Origin: a virus
Taxonomy: Duplodnaviria > Heunggongvirae > Uroviricota > Caudoviricetes
DNA length: 64,000 nucleotides
Strand: one strand, 5' to 3'
IMG/VR virus record: IMGVR_UViG_3300009500_000011
Span: 104,585 to 168,584 of that record
Numbering within the stretch: position 1 is the stretch's first letter; every line of letters starts with the position of its first letter. Made by a program: the position numbers and the translations under genes. Positions 10,093-18,270 of the stretch are shown here, piece by piece. The notes below the pieces were generated by a model. It did not search any database and was not told where the DNA came from. It was given only the letters and a program-made list of their open reading frames with translations.

Positions 10093-10110
10093 ACAAAATG
10101 AGAGTCAAAT

Positions 10111-10644
10111 ATGTTAAGACAATTAGAAGATTTAGATGAATTTTTTAAACTAAAATCTGCCGATGCTGATATTTATGCCGAACATGTTGCTGCCGAACTA
10201 TTTCGGTTTCAAACTGCTGTAAGAGCAGGAATAGAAACTGTTTTAGAAACTGCTAAACCGCACCATAATGGTATGAGTCGGGCTGTTAAAATTTTAGCTT
10301 TATGTTCGAGTATGGAAATTATACAGGCTCTTAGAAGATATTTTGCTAAAAAATCTTCTGAGGAAAGAGATACAAATATCAAAATTTTGATTCGTTCAAT
10401 TTTGGAGAATCATTCTATTGATATTTACTCAAAAATTGATATACTTCAAAATTATATTGGCAATCCAAGATTTGAACAATCTATAGATATTAAACATGAA
10501 ATAATTGATGCTTTATGTATCCTTAAATATCAATTAGATGATATAATTGAAGAAATTAAGCAATTATTGTTTAAATATTACTCAGATAAAGATGTTCGCG
10601 AGATATCTAAAAAAACTGTTGCAAAATTATTTTCATCTGATTAA
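10111..10644 (+). CDS. hypothetical protein
   Basis: ORF track. Confidence 0.5.
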   Translation: MLRQLEDLDEFFKLKSADADIYAEHVAAELFRFQTAVRAGIETVLETAKPHHNGMSRAVKILALCSSMEIIQALRRYFAKKSSEERDTNIKILIRSILENHSIDIYSKIDILQNYIGNPRFEQSIDIKHEIIDALCILKYQLDDIIEEIKQLLFKYYSDKDVREISKKTVAKLFSSD

Positions 10645-10647
10645 ATG

Positions 10648-10676
10648 TTGACAATATTTAACTTTTATGGTATTAT
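10648..10676 (+). promoter_or_regulatory. sigma70-like promoter (TTGACA-17-TATTAT)
   Basis: ttgaca atatttaacttttatgg tattat upstream of 10715. Confidence 0.5.
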
Positions 10677-10714
10677 AATAATTTGTTCGTCTTCTTAAAG
10701 GATTTTATGTTAAA

Positions 10715-11146
10715 TTGGAAGCTTTTGGAACTCATGTGATTCTTGAATTATCACAATGCGTAAATATACATTCATTTGATTCTAACGAAACGCTTGAAGT
10801 GATGATGTTGGAATCTGTGCAAAAAGGAAATTTAAGTCCTTTGCTAATAAAGACTCATAAATTTGACCCTCAAGGCATTAGCTCTGTAGCTATTTTGCAA
10901 GAAAGTCATTTAAGTTGTCATTTATTTCCTGAGATAGGATATGCTTCAATGGATGTTTATACCTGTGGAGAACAAAATAGAGTGGGTGCATATCTTGCTG
11001 CATCTAATTTTGCTTTTTGTATAGGTGCAAAAGAAATAACTATTTTAGGCTTAAAAAGAGGTATTCCCTTTACTAAAGGTTATACCTATAGAATAGATAC
11101 AGAATCATATAATTTATTTTATGATGATTTCTTAGGGAAAATATAA
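10715..11146 (+). CDS. S-adenosylmethionine decarboxylase proenzyme (pyruvoyl-dependent, SpeH/SpeD class)
   Basis: MEAFGTHVILELSQC ... ESHLSCHLFPE ... MDVYTCGE family signature including the self-cleaving Ser. Confidence 0.7.
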   Translation: MEAFGTHVILELSQCVNIHSFDSNETLEVMMLESVQKGNLSPLLIKTHKFDPQGISSVAILQESHLSCHLFPEIGYASMDVYTCGEQNRVGAYLAASNFAFCIGAKEITILGLKRGIPFTKGYTYRIDTESYNLFYDDFLGKI

Positions 11147-11659
11147 ATGGATTTTTTAGTTGGCGATATATTAGTTTTAAAACAAGATGCTCTTGACCTT
11201 GAAGATAAAACTGGCAAAACAATTTTATATCCCGCAGGTTCCGAAGCTGAAATTATACAAATAAAAAATGAAAATGAATATCATCTGCAATTTCCAGATG
11301 CCAAAATATGGCCTCATGACTTGGCAACTTTATTGATTTTCTTTAATCGTAAAAAAGATGGTAAAAATGTTTATACTCGCCAGGTTTCAGAGTATGGTAC
11401 GCCACCAAAAGAGCTTGCTTTTTATATACCTAGAGAAGTTGATTGGCGTAAAAACTATAGGTATACTGTCAGAATTGAAGCAGAAGATTGTGGCTTTAAA
11501 AAATTGATTTGTCCTAGTTGTTTCAATGACCTGGGAGAAAATGGCGAACCAGATAATGAAGGTTTGCAAAAATGTCAAAAATGTGGTACAATGGTTCTCC
11601 CGATAGACCCATTAACATTCAAGTATCCACATGATGACGGAAATGAACACACAACTTAA
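11147..11659 (+). CDS. hypothetical protein with C-terminal Cys4 zinc ribbon
   Basis: CPSCF...CQKCG. Confidence 0.5.
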   Translation: MDFLVGDILVLKQDALDLEDKTGKTILYPAGSEAEIIQIKNENEYHLQFPDAKIWPHDLATLLIFFNRKKDGKNVYTRQVSEYGTPPKELAFYIPREVDWRKNYRYTVRIEAEDCGFKKLICPSCFNDLGENGEPDNEGLQKCQKCGTMVLPIDPLTFKYPHDDGNEHTT

Positions 11660-12935
11660 GAGTAATTCTCAAAAATTCTTAGAAGCAGCAAATTGGGCTC
11701 TTGTAAAAGAACGCTTTGGCGAAGATACAGGAGTTAATATTCGTCGCGCTTCTATAGATAATGTGCAAAATATTACGCTTTTCAATGGTTCAAAAGGTTT
11801 ACTTTTTGATGGATATTCGTTTCCTGAACAAGAACATCTTAAAGGCTTGATTGTTCACGAAGTATTAGGAAGCGCACATTCGGTTATAGCGGCATGTTTT
11901 CCTAAATTCTATAACTATGGCGAACCTGCTGAAAAACAAAAGCATCTTGAATACTTAAATGACGATTCTATGAGTGTGTTATTTGCTAAGAAAGAGGATG
12001 GAGTAAATATTCGTCCTTATTTCAATGCTGCAACAAATAGAGTTGAATTTGCTACGCGCGGAACCTTGCTTGTTGTTTCTGATATTGAAGAAACGTCTAA
12101 TCTTGATTATGGCGCAATGGCTCGTTCAATTGCAGAAGAAAAATATCCAATTCTTTTGGATGAGGAATTTGTAAAGAAATACTCTTGTATTTTTGAAATG
12201 ATTCATCCTGATTCCAAAATTCTTACGGATTATGGACAAAGAAAAGACCTTATTCTTCTGTCAGTATTTGATTTAGAAAATAACTGCTATGAATTTTCGC
12301 GTGAATGGGTAGCATCTTGGGCAAATATAATTGGGTTAAATTATGTTGAATATTGGTTTGACCAATATGCGCCTGTTTCTGAATTTTCTTCTTTAGTTGA
12401 AAAACTACTTAAAAAATGGAACGAAACGGATGTAGAAGGTTCTGTTGTTATATTTGTAAACTCTGAAGCAGAACCTGTATATCGTCTTAAAGTTAAAAAT
12501 GCTTATTATTTACAAATGCTTCGACTTGCAAAATTTTGCACTTTGAAGAATTTAGTCTCAATCATGGAAGAAAATAACTTTTCAAATTGGGAACAACTTC
12601 GTGCATATTTGTACGAAAGCCCTTCAATGAATGAAGAATTAGAAATGGCATATAAGGCTCATTTTGATGTATATGAAAATTGGTTAGCAAATCTTGAAAT
12701 CGAAAAACAAAATGTTTTAAAAGAATATCAAGAATTACCTTCTTTCGAATTACAAAAAGATTTTGCTTTATACATCTTAAAAGATGGCGCTTATCCATAC
12801 AATCCGCTATTCTTTGCTATTCGCAAATGGTTAGCAGAAGCCAAAAATCCTAATTTAGAACAATTCTTTGAAGAAAATGTTAAAGCAACAGTAATGTTGA
12901 AGAAAATCTATCCACTATCGGAAGTAGAGGAATAA
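11631..12935 (+). CDS. ATP-dependent RNA ligase, Rnl1 (T4 RnlA)-like
   Basis: nucleotidyltransferase motif I FAKKEDGVNIR (KxDG) at a position comparable to T4 Rnl1; 434 aa. Confidence 0.7.
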   Translation: MMTEMNTQLKSNSQKFLEAANWALVKERFGEDTGVNIRRASIDNVQNITLFNGSKGLLFDGYSFPEQEHLKGLIVHEVLGSAHSVIAACFPKFYNYGEPAEKQKHLEYLNDDSMSVLFAKKEDGVNIRPYFNAATNRVEFATRGTLLVVSDIEETSNLDYGAMARSIAEEKYPILLDEEFVKKYSCIFEMIHPDSKILTDYGQRKDLILLSVFDLENNCYEFSREWVASWANIIGLNYVEYWFDQYAPVSEFSSLVEKLLKKWNETDVEGSVVIFVNSEAEPVYRLKVKNAYYLQMLRLAKFCTLKNLVSIMEENNFSNWEQLRAYLYESPSMNEELEMAYKAHFDVYENWLANLEIEKQNVLKEYQELPSFELQKDFALYILKDGAYPYNPLFFAIRKWLAEAKNPNLEQFFEENVKATVMLKKIYPLSEVEE

Positions 12936-12936
12936 C

Positions 12937-13443
12937 ATGGGTTTATTTGATTATGTAATTTGTGATTATCCTTTACCTGATTCATATAAAGGGAGTATTA
13001 AGTTTACAACTAAAGACTTAAATTCTTTTATGAATACTTTTACTATTACTGAATCAGGTCAACTTTTAGAACACAAATTTCATTTTGAAGAAGTTCCTGA
13101 AGAAGAACGTCCTAAATTTAATACACCCGAATGGAATTCTGATAACGAAACAATTAAAACTTGGACACGCTTAATGGGTTCAAAGATTCAAGTATTTGAT
13201 GGCTTGGAACCCTACCTTTACACAGGTGCTGTTTGTTTTTACGGTTCAAATTTAGATAGTTGTAATTCGGATGGATATTATACTACAGAAAATGATGAAC
13301 CTTATGAATACAAAGAATACATTGCTTTGTTTAAAAATGGTATGTTAATTAACATTATTGAAAATAATGAAAAAGACAATGAATTTTTTACTCCAGAATG
13401 TTTTTTAACACAAAAACAGTATAAAGAAAAATATAATGAATGA
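12937..13443 (+). CDS. hypothetical protein
   Basis: ORF track. Confidence 0.5.
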   Translation: MGLFDYVICDYPLPDSYKGSIKFTTKDLNSFMNTFTITESGQLLEHKFHFEEVPEEERPKFNTPEWNSDNETIKTWTRLMGSKIQVFDGLEPYLYTGAVCFYGSNLDSCNSDGYYTTENDEPYEYKEYIALFKNGMLINIIENNEKDNEFFTPECFLTQKQYKEKYNE

Positions 13444-14197
13444 CTCGCTTGGCGACCGAATGAAAACATATTATGAAGATGTGACGCGGCATTACTTGCC
13501 TCGGCGAACTCATACAATTATTCGGTTAGATGGAAAATCTTTTCATACGTATACAAAAAAATTAGCAAGACCATTTGATGCTGGTTTGATTGAAGATATG
13601 CAAAAAACCACAATTCGACTTTGTGAGAATATTCAGGGCGTTGTTCTTGGTTATACGCAATCTGATGAAATATCTCTTGTTTTATGTGATTATAAAGAAA
13701 AAGAAACTGAATCCTTTTTTAAAGGTAATATTCAAAAAATTTGTTCAGTATCTGCAAGTATGGCTACTGCATTCTTCAATGCTTTTAGACAAGCCCGTAA
13801 TTTTGAAGGTGGTCCAGCATTTTTTGATGCTAGAGTATTTACTATTCCAGAAAAGGTAGAAGTTCTTAATTATCTTATTTGGAGACAAAAAGATGCAACA
13901 AGAAATTCTATTCAAATGGCCGCACAATCTGTTTATTCTCATAAAGAACTTAATAAAAAGAAGTGGTCTGATTTAAATGAAATGCTTTTTCAGAAAGGTA
14001 TTAATTTTAATGATTATTCTTCTTCTGAAAAACGTGGTTCTTTAATTGTGAAAGAATATTTTGAAGGGGAAGCCTATGATAAGCGTAAGCAAGAAAATGT
14101 TATAGTTACTCGGTCGCGTTGGATTGTAGAACCTGAAACACCTCTTTTTACTGCTGAAGAAAATAGAGATTTATTTGAAAGGTATTTATATAAATAA
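13436..14197 (+). CDS. Thg1-like protein (tRNA-His guanylyltransferase family / TLP, 3'-5' nucleotide addition)
   Basis: N-terminal MKTYYEDVTR...IIRLDGKSFHTYTKK...KPFD matches the conserved Thg1 N-terminus (FE...R.DG..FH.F). Confidence 0.75.
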   Translation: MNDSLGDRMKTYYEDVTRHYLPRRTHTIIRLDGKSFHTYTKKLARPFDAGLIEDMQKTTIRLCENIQGVVLGYTQSDEISLVLCDYKEKETESFFKGNIQKICSVSASMATAFFNAFRQARNFEGGPAFFDARVFTIPEKVEVLNYLIWRQKDATRNSIQMAAQSVYSHKELNKKKWSDLNEMLFQKGINFNDYSSSEKRGSLIVKEYFEGEAYDKRKQENVIVTRSRWIVEPETPLFTAEENRDLFERYLYK

Positions 14198-14278
14198 ATT
14201 TAGTTATTTTCTGACTTCTTTTCATGTCGAATCGCGTACTCTATTGACATGAAGAAATTTCTCGGAAATTTTCCCTAC

Positions 14279-14322
14279 AAAAAAGCCAACCATTTGTAAT
14301 AATAATGGGTGGCTTTTTGTTT
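14279..14322 (+). terminator. intrinsic terminator
   Basis: aagccaaccatttgtaataataatgggtggcttttt. Confidence 0.5.
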
Positions 14323-14349
14323 GAAAAACACTATTTATGATGGAGAGCA

Positions 14350-15051
14350 ATGTATATGCCAAAAAAACAATCTTCTCAAACACCTAGAAGAATTCCAACC
14401 ATAAGAACGGTACAATTTGAAGCCCAAACAATAAATCAAGAGAAGTTTGTAAAAAATATAGAAAGAAATGTTGTTTCATTCGGAATAGGTATACCAGGTT
14501 CAGGAAAAACGTATTTAGCATTAGCAACTGCTCTTAAAGCATTAGTTGAACAAAAATGTGAACGAGTTGTAATAACTAGACCAATGGTTGAAGCAGGTCC
14601 TTCTATCGGATTCCAACCTGGAAATGAAGAAGAAAAACTTGGAGTATATTTAAAACATATTTATGATATGATATATAAATTACTACCAAAAGTTTTGGCA
14701 GATGATTTGCTTGATTCAGGAAAAATATCAATTGGTGCTATTACATTTATGAGAGGAATGAATTTTGAAAACTCATATGTAATAATAGATGAAGCCGAAA
14801 ACTTAGACAAAAAATCATTTTATTTGTTATTAACAAGAATTTGTGAAGGGTCTAAAATGATTTTTTGTGGTGATACTGGCCAGGTTGATTTAAAAAATCC
14901 TAGTGAAAGCGGATTAAATGATGCAGTTTTAAAATTTCAAGGTAAAGAAAATTTTAGTGTAACTGAATTTACTATTGAAGATTGTCGCAGAAGTAAAGTT
15001 GTTATGGAAGTTATTAAAGCATATTTCCCTAACTCAACCAAGACAAAGTAA
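14350..15051 (+). CDS. phoH: PhoH-like ATPase
   Basis: GIGIPGSGKTYLALA Walker A; IIDEAEN Walker B; overall PhoH layout. Confidence 0.85.
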   Translation: MYMPKKQSSQTPRRIPTIRTVQFEAQTINQEKFVKNIERNVVSFGIGIPGSGKTYLALATALKALVEQKCERVVITRPMVEAGPSIGFQPGNEEEKLGVYLKHIYDMIYKLLPKVLADDLLDSGKISIGAITFMRGMNFENSYVIIDEAENLDKKSFYLLLTRICEGSKMIFCGDTGQVDLKNPSESGLNDAVLKFQGKENFSVTEFTIEDCRRSKVVMEVIKAYFPNSTKTK

Positions 15052-15102
15052 AACAAATTGCGTACTTAATTATGCAAACTTATTTTATGAGGCTTTTTTA
15101 GT

Positions 15103-16095
15103 ATGTTGTTTTTTGCAAATAAAATTAAAAAAATTGCATCAACCCCTTTATGGGCAAATGTTGTAAATTTAGATGACGGCTCTGGTCCTGTACAAGGGTT
15201 TTGGGTTGATTCAAGTTTGGGTATGCCATTCTTTTTAAGAAAATCCGACCATGTGATTTGGTTGCCTAAAACTTTACGTGGCAAAAAAATTGATTCTTTA
15301 ACACCAGAAGAATTACAAAATGTTCCGAAAGAAGATTCTGGAAAAGTTCATTATAAAAATTGGAAAGCAAATTCAGATAAAAGAAATATTGCCGCAAAAT
15401 TATTTAATGGATATGCTTTTACGGACGCTGGAATTCAATTAGTTCAAGGATTAAAAAAATTAGCAGATAAATATGAATTAGATGATGTTACAAATGTTCG
15501 TCTTGAACGTCGTCTTTCCATCAATCCTGGTCTTTTTGATAGACTTTTACAATGTAATAATCTTCAAGATGTTCAACGTCTTGGGCGTCTTATAGTAAGA
15601 AAATTTGTTTTCATTATTAAAAATATGAGTTTAACTGAACCTAAAATTGCCAAAAGATTAGATGCTGATTTTATGTATCAATACAAAAAAATTGAACCTC
15701 TTTTTGATATTGACCCGCTATCTATAGATGTAGAACTTCCTGAAACATTTGAAGAAAATGAAATTCCAGACCCACGTTTAGACCATGTTAAAGTTTTAAT
15801 GCAAAATTGTGAAGCAGAAATAGAACCAATGATGGATAATGACCTTCAGCTTTCTGCACCTCTCACTTGGCTAAAAGATGCTTCTAAAGTGCTTAAAAAA
15901 GCTCAAGATATTCAATCTGAAAATATAATGGAAGAAGTAAAATTTTATCTTATTTCAATGATTTTTTCTCTTCAAAAATTAGCAAAGGTTGCTCCTGCTG
16001 ACCATCCTCTTGTAGGTAAAGTCGAGCAAATTTTGAATGCTAAAAGTCTAAGTGCCATTTTAATGGCACTTGCAAAGACTGACCCGCAAATGTAA
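15103..16095 (+). CDS. hypothetical protein
   Basis: ORF track. Confidence 0.5.
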   Translation: MLFFANKIKKIASTPLWANVVNLDDGSGPVQGFWVDSSLGMPFFLRKSDHVIWLPKTLRGKKIDSLTPEELQNVPKEDSGKVHYKNWKANSDKRNIAAKLFNGYAFTDAGIQLVQGLKKLADKYELDDVTNVRLERRLSINPGLFDRLLQCNNLQDVQRLGRLIVRKFVFIIKNMSLTEPKIAKRLDADFMYQYKKIEPLFDIDPLSIDVELPETFEENEIPDPRLDHVKVLMQNCEAEIEPMMDNDLQLSAPLTWLKDASKVLKKAQDIQSENIMEEVKFYLISMIFSLQKLAKVAPADHPLVGKVEQILNAKSLSAILMALAKTDPQM

Positions 16096-16104
16096 TATAG
16101 AGTC

Positions 16105-16287
16105 ATGGAAGAAATAATTCGGGGTCGTTCTAATGAAGTTATTGGACGCCTCATCAAATCAAATGGCGAAACTAGTGTGTACGGTGACCGAGGTCAATAT
16201 CTTGGTTATGCTAACCAAAATGGAACTTTCGATGCTTCTGGGCGTCTTGTAAGCAATTCGGAATCTCCTACCCTACTTCTTCGGTAA
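16105..16287 (+). CDS. hypothetical small protein
   Basis: 60-aa ORF; weak support. Confidence 0.3.
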   Translation: MEEIIRGRSNEVIGRLIKSNGETSVYGDRGQYLGYANQNGTFDASGRLVSNSESPTLLLR

Positions 16288-16302
16288 TAGTCGATAAAAT
16301 TG

Positions 16303-16331
16303 TTGACAAATCTATTTTAATAGACTATACT
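16303..16331 (+). promoter_or_regulatory. consensus sigma70 promoter TTGACA-17-TATACT
   Basis: ttgaca aatctattttaatagac tatact. Confidence 0.65.
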
Positions 16332-16338
16332 TTCAATA

Positions 16339-16468
16339 GGACCCGTTGTAGGGACACCCGCCTGGGTATGACAGTCACTTGTCGTTTTGCCGGGCTGACC
16401 AAGAAATAGTGAACATTTTGCGGTCGTATTAAATAACCCCAGCGTGACTTATGTTCGCTGGGTTTTTA
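16339..16468 (+). ncRNA. candidate ~130-nt small RNA (promoter to intrinsic terminator, no RBS-preceded ORF)
   Basis: Bracketed by promoter 16303-16331 and terminator hairpin ccccagcgtgacttatgttcgctggg+TTTTT; only a 12-codon ORF without SD. Confidence 0.45.
16437..16468 (+). terminator. intrinsic terminator
   Basis: cccagcg...cgctggg stem followed by tttttaatttg. Confidence 0.65.
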
Positions 16469-16509
16469 ATTTGTTGGAAAACACTCTCAAAAATTTTTTT
16501 GAACGAATG

Positions 16510-16538
16510 TTGACAAAACTAAAAAAATGGCATATACT
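16510..16538 (+). promoter_or_regulatory. consensus sigma70 promoter TTGACA-17-TATACT
   Basis: ttgaca aaactaaaaaaatggca tatact. Confidence 0.65.
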
Positions 16539-16652
16539 ATAAATGCGAGCGGGCGGTTTAGTATCGCGTGAGTCTCATAAGCTCATCAAACTGGCGCAAA
16601 TCCACGGCTACGCAACCAATTTTTTAAATATTGAGGGAAGGAGATAATCAAA

Positions 16653-16775
16653 ATGTTGAACATTGCTTGTATTAATGAATGCATCAATTATCAAGGTACG
16701 AACGATAATCAGTTCGATACCCAATTTTTTCCGATTATCTCAGACTTCAATTCCGCAAGGGCTGTACCGGCTTAA
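16653..16775 (+). CDS. 40-aa small protein MLNIACINECINYQGTNDNQFDTQFFPIISDFNSARAVPA with strong RBS
   Basis: GAGGGAAGGAGATAATCAAAATG; own promoter (16510) and terminator (16803); below the 60-aa track cutoff. Confidence 0.5.
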   Translation: MLNIACINECINYQGTNDNQFDTQFFPIISDFNSARAVPA

Positions 16776-16802
16776 TAAAACCGAAAAAGCCTAAAAAGAG
16801 TC

Positions 16803-16837
16803 AAGGACTGAGATAGTAAAAATCTCGGTCCTTTTTG
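16803..16837 (+). terminator. intrinsic terminator
   Basis: aaggactgagatagtaaaaatctcggtccttttt. Confidence 0.65.
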
Positions 16838-16875
16838 TTTAATAGAACTTTGAAAACTGAATAAGATTTATTTTT

Positions 16876-16950
16876 GGCTCTATAGTGTAGTGGTCTGCAT
16901 AAAAGCTTGTCACGCTTTAGGTCGGGGGTCGGAACCCCGTAGAGTCGCCA
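16876..16950 (+). tRNA. tRNA-Asp (anticodon GTC), CCA encoded
   Basis: acceptor ggctcta/tagagtc; anticodon loop ttGTCac; unusual T-loop GTCGGAA. Confidence 0.7.
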
Positions 16951-17025
16951 TCCCCTTGTCGCTTAATGGTCTAAAGCAACTTACTGATAATGAGTAGATG
17001 AAAGTTCGATTCTTTCCGAGGGGAC
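16951..17025 (+). tRNA. tRNA-Ile (anticodon GAT)
   Basis: acceptor tcccctt/gagggga; anticodon loop ctGATaa; T-arm gaaagttcgattctttc. Confidence 0.6.
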
Positions 17026-17049
17026 CAAAATACATATAATTTGGAATAT

Positions 17050-17126
17050 GGCAACATAGCCAAGGGGATAAAGGCGAAGGTCTGCAAAACCTTCATGCGT
17101 TGGTTCGAATCCAACTGTTGCCTCCA
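17050..17126 (+). tRNA. tRNA-Cys (anticodon GCA), CCA encoded
   Basis: acceptor ggcaaca/tgttgcc; loop ctGCAaa; T-loop ggttcgaatcc. Confidence 0.75.
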
Positions 17127-17137
17127 ATTTAATTTAT

Positions 17138-17224
17138 GGAAGTATCGCATAGCGGCGATTGCATCTGACTGTAAATCAGACGCGCGAAAGCGCCTCGGAG
17201 GTTCGAGTCCTTCTACTTCCACCA
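17138..17224 (+). tRNA. tRNA-Tyr (anticodon GTA), long variable arm, CCA encoded
   Basis: acceptor ggaagta/tacttcc; loop ctGTAaa; variable arm cgcgcgaaagcgcctc. Confidence 0.75.
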
Positions 17225-17237
17225 TTTTAATAATATT

Positions 17238-17308
17238 TTGAGTTGCGCTAGAATAAAGTTACTTCGTCTGTAAAACGAGGAATCCGGGTTCGAGTCCCGG
17301 TCGGAATC
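17238..17308 (+). ncRNA. tRNA-like / Y-RNA-like element: 5' motif GAGTTGCGCTAGAATAAAGTTACTTC, then anticodon-like hairpin (loop ctGTAaa) and canonical T-arm, but no pairable acceptor stem
   Basis: 5' 26 nt match the triplicated motif upstream of the Ro60 gene (45037, 45278, 45367); T-arm ccgggttcgagtcccgg. Confidence 0.45.
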
Positions 17309-17399
17309 TAACGATTTCGGTACTTTAATCGGTAAAATCCTAAACACTTTGTTCGCTACCTTCGCTCAAAATATTTTAAAAACTTGTTGCCCATAGTAT

Positions 17400-17474
17400 G
17401 CCGAACTAGTATAATGGCTATTACATCTGTTTCGTAATCAGAGAATCTCAGTTCAATTCTGGGGTTCGGCCCCA
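17400..17474 (+). tRNA. tRNA-Thr (anticodon CGT as read), CCA encoded
   Basis: perfect acceptor gccgaac/gttcggc; loop ttCGTaa with U-U at 31:39. Confidence 0.6.
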
Positions 17475-17485
17475 AAAAAATTTAT

Positions 17486-17562
17486 TCCTCTATAGCACAA
17501 TTGGTAGTTGCATCTGACTGTTAATCAGAGGGTTCCTGGTTCGACCCCAGGTAGAGGAGCCA
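17486..17562 (+). tRNA. tRNA-Asn (anticodon GTT), CCA encoded
   Basis: acceptor tcctcta/tagagga like E. coli Asn; loop ctGTTaa. Confidence 0.75.
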
Positions 17563-17567
17563 ATTAT

Positions 17568-17641
17568 TCCTTCTTCGTTCAATGGTAGGACGTCTGGTTG
17601 TTACCCAGATAATCGCGGTTCAAGTCCGTGAGAAGGAGCCA
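17568..17641 (+). tRNA. second tRNA with anticodon GTT (Asn-type), distinct body
   Basis: acceptor tccttct/agaagga; anticodon stem tctgg/ccaga; loop ttGTTac. Confidence 0.55.
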
Positions 17642-17712
17642 ATTTATTCAGTTCGAAAATTATTATAAATTCAAACTAACTTACATACTATACATTTCAG
17701 AGGTACAAAATA

Positions 17713-18174
17713 ATGAAATGTAGAGTATGTAAAATAGAAAAAGAAATTGAATTATTCCCTTGGGCTAAAGTAGGTGCTAGACGTAGTTCTCGTTGTAAAG
17801 ATTGTCAAAAAATTTTAAGTAAAAAACACTATCAAAATAATAAAAAATATTATCAAGATAAAGAAAAAATTCGCCGCGAAAAATATTATAGTGAAACCAA
17901 TAAATTACTTTATGATTATTTAATTGAGCATCCATGTGTAAAATGTGGCGAATCTGAACCATTATTTTTGGATTTTGACCATTGTACTGGAACAAATGAT
18001 AAAATAGCAAATATTTCAGTTTTAGTTTCAATTAAAGTAAATTTTGATAAAATTCTTAAAGAAATAGAAAAATGTCAAGTATTATGTTTAAAATGCCACA
18101 GAATAAAAACTGCCAAAGAAGGTAATTGGTATAAATATCAAAGATATATAGAAAAACAAAATTTAAAAAATTAA
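17713..18174 (+). CDS. HNH homing endonuclease (paralog 1 of 3)
   Basis: Cys4 N-terminal zinc finger; DFDHCTGTNDKIANI ... CQVLCLKCHRIKT HNH core; paralogous to 36827 and 59627. Confidence 0.75.
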   Translation: MKCRVCKIEKEIELFPWAKVGARRSSRCKDCQKILSKKHYQNNKKYYQDKEKIRREKYYSETNKLLYDYLIEHPCVKCGESEPLFLDFDHCTGTNDKIANISVLVSIKVNFDKILKEIEKCQVLCLKCHRIKTAKEGNWYKYQRYIEKQNLKN

Positions 18175-18270
18175 AATCTTGCAGTTTGGGTATACTGCGT
18201 TCGTCGTCGTGGAGAAAGACTTTCTGATTAAGGATGTTTCCAAGGACAGTAAAACAAAAATACTCGTTAT

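Noticed and set aside
16971-17241. Track ORFs 16971..17225(-) and 17041..17241(+)
   Set aside because: Lie entirely over tRNA-Ile/Cys/Tyr genes; spurious
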